Of a stretch of 50,455 nucleotides of DNA, positions 45,464-50,455 are shown piece after piece. Under the pieces are notes generated by a model. It was not told where the DNA came from. It ran no database searches and worked only from the letters and a program-made list of their open reading frames with translations. A program made the position numbers and the translations under genes. The first letter of the stretch is position 1, and each line of letters begins with the position of its first letter. The DNA is from Candidatus Staskawiczbacteria bacterium RIFCSPHIGHO2_02_FULL_42_22 (lineage in GTDB: Bacteria; Patescibacteriota; Minisyncoccia; Minisyncoccales; Staskawiczbacteraceae), in contig MHOT01000001.1 of the NCBI GenBank assembly GCA_001820175.1, forward strand, positions 1-50,455. The letters run 5' to 3'.

Positions 45464-46415
45464 ATGCCAGGAGAACTGCCATCAAGCGAAAATCCAAAAG
45501 AAGAATTACAGCCAGATTTTTTATTGCCAGATCAACAGCCATCAATAGAAGAACGAGAGGGTAAAGAATATAACTTTGATATAATGAATAAAGCAGAGGT
45601 TTCAATGGCTCGCTTAGTCAAGAAATTAAAAAATAACATTGAAGATGGAGATTACAGCGCCCTACTGAGCGATGATACGGGCGGTAGAATTCCAACATTA
45701 GTTTTAAGGAAAATAATGTTGGAAAAGGGGCCGAATAAAAATATAAAGACATATTTTTTGTCGGCCGGATTGGGTAATACTCCCATGAAATTTATGGATG
45801 ATCGTTCGGAAAAAAGAAAATATCAAAAAATGATAACATACCTTAAAAATATGGATTTTGGAGATAAAAAGTTATTGGTTGTTACGGAATATATGAGCAT
45901 GGGCAATACTTTGGATGGTATAGGCGAAGCATTAAAAGACATTGGGGCAAATTTTGATTTTGCCATACAATCTACTAATGAAGATTATGATAAAGTAGAT
46001 AGGTTGACGGATGCTTTTTATGGTGAATTTAATGCAGAATCTTTTGTTGGAATAAATAAACCTATTCAATACGATAATTCTTTAATGGGAGTGTTAAAAA
46101 GAGGAGAGGATAGAGGAAGATATTCTCCCATACCAGAAACTATTATAAAGCATGTAAAAAATGAAGGAAGAGAATTGTCGGAAGAGGATATTAATAAAAT
46201 TTTTGGTATAAATTCATGGGACGACGTTTTTACAAGGGTGCATAAAAAAAGATCCAGAATTGCTAAAAAAATACAACAAAGTGAAGATGGGGCCACTAAC
46301 AAAAAAAGAAAAAAATGAAATTCAAAGGAATATAAATTTAGCAAGGGAGGATGTGAGTTTAATGATTGAAAGAATTATTGAACAGGTTTGGCCAAAAGAA
46401 GATATAGAAAAATAA
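45464..46415 (+). CDS. Hypothetical protein with a PRTase-like motif, probably frameshifted at the A7 run 46244-46250
   Basis: LLVVTEYMSMG.T motif; an alternate frame from 46251 stays open to TAA 46415. Confidence 0.55.
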
Positions 46416-46417
46416 CT

Positions 46418-46590
46418 ATGGAATTAATCAGGGATTTTAAAAAACTCAATAAACACGATGCCGTCATTGCCGGCGGCAAAGGCACTTCTCTTTTTTTGGG
46501 GGGGCGAAAATCGCCATAGATGTCATAAAAACAGGTGATGTGGTAGAGTTAGGTGCGGATAACGGTATAATTAAGATTATAAAATGGTAA
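46418..46590 (+). pseudogene. Collapsed PEP synthase/PEP-utilizing enzyme remnant
   Basis: MELIRDFKKLNKHDAVIAGGKGTSL joined out of frame to KIAIDVIKTGDVVELGADNGIIKII. Confidence 0.65.
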
Positions 46591-46733
46591 CTGCTCACTG
46601 AACATGAAAAATAGGATCAATTACCTTTTTCCGTCATTGCGAGCCGCCCGCAGGCGGCGTGGCAATCCAGTAGTTTTACGTAAAGATTGCTTCGGCGCTC
46701 CTCGCAATGACGATTTGGCCAGTGAGCAGTTAC
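46587..46733. repeat. GTAACTGCTCACTG shell plus REP 46632-46712
   Basis: Perfect 14-bp outer inverted repeat. Confidence 0.88.
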
Positions 46734-47052
46734 AAAAAAAGAATTGAAAAGAATCACTGTTGGGGAAGCGGTAGAAGAAAAGGGAAATATGGATGTTGAA
46801 ATGACGATTGACGCGCTGCATAATTTAGTCAAGTATCACACCGCAGTATTCTTTACAGGGGACAGTGATTTTTTGGCATTAGTGGTTTATCTGAAAAATC
46901 AAAATAAAAAAGTGTATATTTTTTCTTCACGAAATAATATCTCGCAGGAATTACGAACGGGCGCGGATGGCTACACGGATATTTTAGGTATCAATGAAAT
47001 GTGGGGCAGAGAACTAAAGCACAAAGAGGAATTACCTAAGCAAAGTAGATAA
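46729..47052 (+). pseudogene. C-terminal half of a NYN/LabA (PIN-like) nuclease
   Basis: KGNMDVEMTID, TGDSDF, S.ELR..AD; the N-terminal motif is missing and the frame begins at the repeat edge. Confidence 0.8.
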
Positions 47053-47123
47053 AAAAACAACCCTCCTTGCGGAGGGTTGCCCTTGGATGTAATACCCTTT
47101 TAGTTTTGGAAAACTAAAAGACA
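47051..47123 (-). ncRNA. Candidate small RNA convergent with the NYN gene
   Basis: Minus-strand promoter, 10-bp stem, and a GCAA-loop terminator with its U7 on the minus strand; no ORF. Confidence 0.55.
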
Positions 47124-47128
47124 CCCTG

Positions 47129-47157
47129 ATTGTATTCTAATTACATATGTATGTCAA
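47129..47157 (-). promoter_or_regulatory. Near-consensus sigma70 promoter, antisense orientation
   Basis: Minus strand TTGACA-17 bp-TACAAT. Confidence 0.7.
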
Positions 47158-48386
47158 TAGTCAAAAATAAAATCAAAAACTTAGAAAACGTGGCCGGGAG
47201 GATCAAAAAAGCCGTTTACGATAACGGGCGTATTATTATTTACGGTGATTCGGATATGGATGGTATTGCATCATCAGTTATTTTACAGGAAGCCATAAAA
47301 AACTTAGGGGGTGGGGTGGGCATGGTGTTGTTTCCTAATCGGGAAGAGGATGGTTACGGTATTAATTTTCGGGCCATTGAATATGTTCGCGATAAGGCAC
47401 CCGCCTTCGCCAAAGGCTTCGGCCCACTTCGCCATAGCTCCAGCGAGGCGAGCGAGGCAAGGCCCGCGCTTTTTATTACCCTGGATTTGGGGATTACCAA
47501 TATTAAAGAAGTAGATGCTTTAAACGCGCTAGGGTTTAGTGTTATCATTATTGATCATCATCAAATTTTAAACGGTTTGCCGGCGGCGGAAATTATCATT
47601 GATCCAAAACAAGAAGGCGATGATTCCAATTCAACTCATTTGGCTAACGTTGGAATTACATTTTTGTTGGCACAAGAATTGTTGGGAGGCCAAATGTCTA
47701 TGCAATTGAAGAATAGTTTTTTGGAGCTTACGGCGTTGGCCACTATTTCGGACATGGTGCCGCAAATCGAAGAAAATAAAATGTTTATTGAAGAGGGCTT
47801 GCGGTCCCTAAAAAACACCTTTCGGCCCGGCCTTCGGGCATTTTTAGATATTTTGGGCGAAGGCACCGTGTTGTCGGATGGGCTATATAAAGTAATTTCG
47901 GCGCTGAATGCGGCCGAGTCCATTGATTTTAAAAATGAATCGTATCAATTATTAACCACCGCTTCGGCTACGGAGGCCCGCGATTTGGCAGAAAAACTGA
48001 TCGGCAAGACCAATTATAAGCAGCAAAAAATTAAAGAAGCGGTGGATGAAGTTGAACGCAGGATTTCGCAAAACCCCGATGCGTCGATTATTTTTGAAGG
48101 GGATCCGGCTTGGAAGTTAACCTTGGCAGGTCCCATTGCATCTATTATTGCCCAAAAATACCAAAAACCAACCTTTATTTTTAAAAAAGGCGACAGTGAG
48201 TCATGCGGCTCAGTGCGGAGTTTGGTTGAAGGTGAGGACTCGGTCCAAGCCATGAAAACCTGCGCCGATATATTAGTTACGTATGGGGGGCACGCCAAGG
48301 CCTCGGGGTTTCGGATAAAAAATGGGAACCTTGAAAGATTTAAAAAAGCCCTAAGTGAACATTTTAAAAATATTAATTCAAGGTAA
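47151..48386 (+). CDS. recJ: ssDNA exonuclease RecJ (DHH family) with a 21-aa in-frame repeat insert
   Basis: GDSDMDG, GYG, IDHH, TISD, GS.RS, GGH..ASG. Confidence 0.88.
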   Translation: MSIVKNKIKNLENVAGRIKKAVYDNGRIIIYGDSDMDGIASSVILQEAIKNLGGGVGMVLFPNREEDGYGINFRAIEYVRDKAPAFAKGFGPLRHSSSEASEARPALFITLDLGITNIKEVDALNALGFSVIIIDHHQILNGLPAAEIIIDPKQEGDDSNSTHLANVGITFLLAQELLGGQMSMQLKNSFLELTALATISDMVPQIEENKMFIEEGLRSLKNTFRPGLRAFLDILGEGTVLSDGLYKVISALNAAESIDFKNESYQLLTTASATEARDLAEKLIGKTNYKQQKIKEAVDEVERRISQNPDASIIFEGDPAWKLTLAGPIASIIAQKYQKPTFIFKKGDSESCGSVRSLVEGEDSVQAMKTCADILVTYGGHAKASGFRIKNGNLERFKKALSEHFKNINSR

Positions 48387-48395
48387 TTGCAAATA

Positions 48396-48672
48396 GGACT
48401 TACGCGTTTGCGTCATTGCGAGCCGCAGCGAAGCAATCTTAATACGTAGATTGCCACGCCGCGCCCCGCGGGGCGCGGCTCGCAATGACACTAGACCTGT
48501 CCCTAAATAAGATTTGTTACGAAAATTACAGATTTTGAGCTAGAAATTTGATAGAATTTTTCGGCTTGCCCATAGGCCCGTCGAAAAATTCTAGCAAATT
48601 TGTAGCCAAAATATGCAATTTGCAGTAAAATCTTATTTAGGGACAGGTCTACTGACGCAAACGCGTAAATCC
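48396..48672. repeat. Composite: GGACTTACGCGTTTGCGTCA shell, REP 48411-48489, TAGACC element 48492-48651
   Basis: 19/20-bp outer inverted repeat; inner perfect 24-bp inverted repeat. Confidence 0.88.
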
Positions 48673-48686
48673 CAACAAAAATAACC

Positions 48687-49733
48687 ATGATTCTTAATCA
48701 AAAAATATATACGGTGGAAAGTGTAACTTCGGGGCATCCCGATAAAGTGTGCGACCAAATTTCAGATGCTATTTTAGATGCGTGTTTGGCCGAAGATCCC
48801 AATTCGAAAGTGGCAGTTGAATCGTTTGGCGGCCACGGGCTTTTGGTGGTCGGTGGCGAAGTGACTACCTTGGCAAGGGTAAATTATGAACAAGTAGCCA
48901 AAAACGTCTATAAAAATATTGGATACGACCAGAACTTAAACATGATCGTAAATATTGCAGAGCAATCGCCCGATATTGCTATGGGTGTAAATACCGGCGG
49001 CGCGGGCGACCAGGGGATTATGTATGGATTCGCGTGTGACCAGACACCAGAATTTCTTCCGTGGGCAATTGTAAAAGTGCATGCGTTGGCAAAAGGGCTG
49101 GAAGTACTGCGAAAAACAGGTGCTATTACGTGGCTGAAACCAGATGGTAAAACACAAATAACCATGGATCATGGAAAAGTAAGAACCGTGCTGGTAAGTG
49201 CCCAGCACGACGTTGGTGTTTTGCAAGATGAAATAAAACGGGTGCTGACAGAAAAATTAATCAAACCGATTATTGGCGATGTGACTGGTGTTGAAATTTT
49301 AGTAAACCCTACCGGTAAATTTATCCAGGGCGGATTTGAAGCTGATACGGGTTTGACGGGGCGCAAAATCATGGTAGATACTTATTGTGGTTTGGTATTT
49401 CATGGCGGCGGATGTTTTTCTGGTAAAGATGCCAGTAAGGTTGATAGGTCCGGTGCGTATATGGCTCGATTTGTTGCTAAAAATTTGGTGGCATCGGGTC
49501 GCGCCAAGGAATGCCTGGTTTCGGTGGCCTATGCTATTGGGAAGGTGGAACCATTAATGGTGCAAGCCATCAATGAAAAGGGCGAAGATTTGAGCGCATT
49601 AGCAATTGAGAAATTTGATTTTCGTCCGCAAGCCATCATTGAAGCGCTTAACCTTAAAAAACCCATCTATCAACAAACTGCCGCCTACGGACACTTTGGA
49701 AAAGCCGGTTTGCCTTGGGAGGATATCATATAA
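48687..49733 (+). CDS. metK: S-adenosylmethionine synthetase
   Basis: ESVT.GHPDK.CDQISD, GAGDQG, GLTGRKI, GGGCFSGKD. Confidence 0.96.
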   Translation: MILNQKIYTVESVTSGHPDKVCDQISDAILDACLAEDPNSKVAVESFGGHGLLVVGGEVTTLARVNYEQVAKNVYKNIGYDQNLNMIVNIAEQSPDIAMGVNTGGAGDQGIMYGFACDQTPEFLPWAIVKVHALAKGLEVLRKTGAITWLKPDGKTQITMDHGKVRTVLVSAQHDVGVLQDEIKRVLTEKLIKPIIGDVTGVEILVNPTGKFIQGGFEADTGLTGRKIMVDTYCGLVFHGGGCFSGKDASKVDRSGAYMARFVAKNLVASGRAKECLVSVAYAIGKVEPLMVQAINEKGEDLSALAIEKFDFRPQAIIEALNLKKPIYQQTAAYGHFGKAGLPWEDII

Positions 49734-49751
49734 CTCACCTTACATCCCTTT

Positions 49752-49884
49752 GTCATTGCGAGGAGCCGTAACCCCTCACCCCCACTCACCGTCATTGCGA
49801 GGAGGAGCGACCGCAGTCGGGACGACGCGGCAATCTCGTTTTATTCAATTGAGTGGGATTGCTTCGCTGTGGCTCGCAATGACG
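49752..49884. repeat. Truncated REP arm, GTAACCCCTCAC arm, and full REP 49790-49884
   Basis: Two GTCATTGCGAGGAG starts and one CTCGCAATGACG end. Confidence 0.85.
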
Positions 49885-49903
49885 AAAGAGAAATCTTATC
49901 ACT

Positions 49904-50347
49904 ATGAAAAAAATAACTATTTATACCGACGGGGGGTCGCGTGGGAACCCAGGTAAGGCCGCTATTGGGGTGGTTTTTTGCAACGAAATGGGCCAGGAAA
50001 TTAAAAAATTCGGGGAATATTTGGGGGACAACCTTACCAATAACGAAGCCGAGTACCATGCGGTGATTTTTGCGTTAAAAAAGTTTAAAGCGGTTTTTGG
50101 AAAAGCAGTGGCGGAAGTTGCCGAAGTGGAAATCCGCAGTGATTCTGAATTATTGGTTCGCCAAATGAGCGGAAAGTATAAAGTAGAAAACGAAAAAATA
50201 CAAAAGTTTTTTATGGAAATCTGGAATTTAAAAATCGATTTTCATGAAGTAAAATTCAAGGCAATTCCCCGCGAAAAAAACAAAGAGGCCGATGCGTTGG
50301 TAAACCAGGCATTAGATGCGAACGCATCGCACCAAACGCTTTTATAG
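49904..50347 (+). CDS. rnhA: Ribonuclease HI family protein
   Basis: TDGGSRGNPG, TNNEAEY, DSEL, REKN.EAD. Confidence 0.9.
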   Translation: MKKITIYTDGGSRGNPGKAAIGVVFCNEMGQEIKKFGEYLGDNLTNNEAEYHAVIFALKKFKAVFGKAVAEVAEVEIRSDSELLVRQMSGKYKVENEKIQKFFMEIWNLKIDFHEVKFKAIPREKNKEADALVNQALDANASHQTLL

Positions 50348-50377
50348 GGGTAATTCAAACCGGCTTTGTTGAATAAT

Positions 50378-50415
50378 TCATGAACACGAAGATAATTCTC
50401 CTTTCGCGTTCATGA
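50378..50415. repeat. Short hairpin
   Basis: TCATGAACACGAA/TTCGCGTTCATGA. Confidence 0.5.
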
Positions 50416-50455
50416 TCTATGCAACAACGTAGGATTGAGGCATTCCCAGGGTATT

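Overview
AT-rich bacterial chromosome segment whose gene content suggests a Patescibacteria (CPR, Parcubacteria-like) genome; this is inferred from the VirD4-like ATPase with a CxxC-x17-CxxC tail, a sigma-region-4/HTH protein and shortened SecA, Pgk and RecJ. About 1.3-21.4 kb is a surface-glycan locus: three DegT aminotransferases, epimerases, gmhB, rfbB/A/C, several glycosyltransferases, and WecA-like and PglF-like genes. The rest is housekeeping genes (murB, hpf, secA, secD/F, pgk, recJ, metK, RNase H) mixed with orphan genes and pseudogene remnants. I found no rRNA, tRNA, CRISPR array or transposase. The most striking signal is non-coding: a dense set of short palindromic elements from several families. 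They fill many intergenic gaps, nest inside one another, show compensatory base changes between copies, and sit in-frame inside secA, recJ, rfbB, two epimerases and a glycosyltransferase. One family regenerates the motif it interrupts (the Rossmann TGGAG motif, or a promoter -35 box). Separately, two genes (a NYN-domain remnant and a small orphan) are each followed by a convergent, ORF-less promoter-hairpin-terminator unit that looks like a small RNA gene. Coordinates were read by eye and may be off by a few bases. Family assignments come from motif recognition, not database searches.
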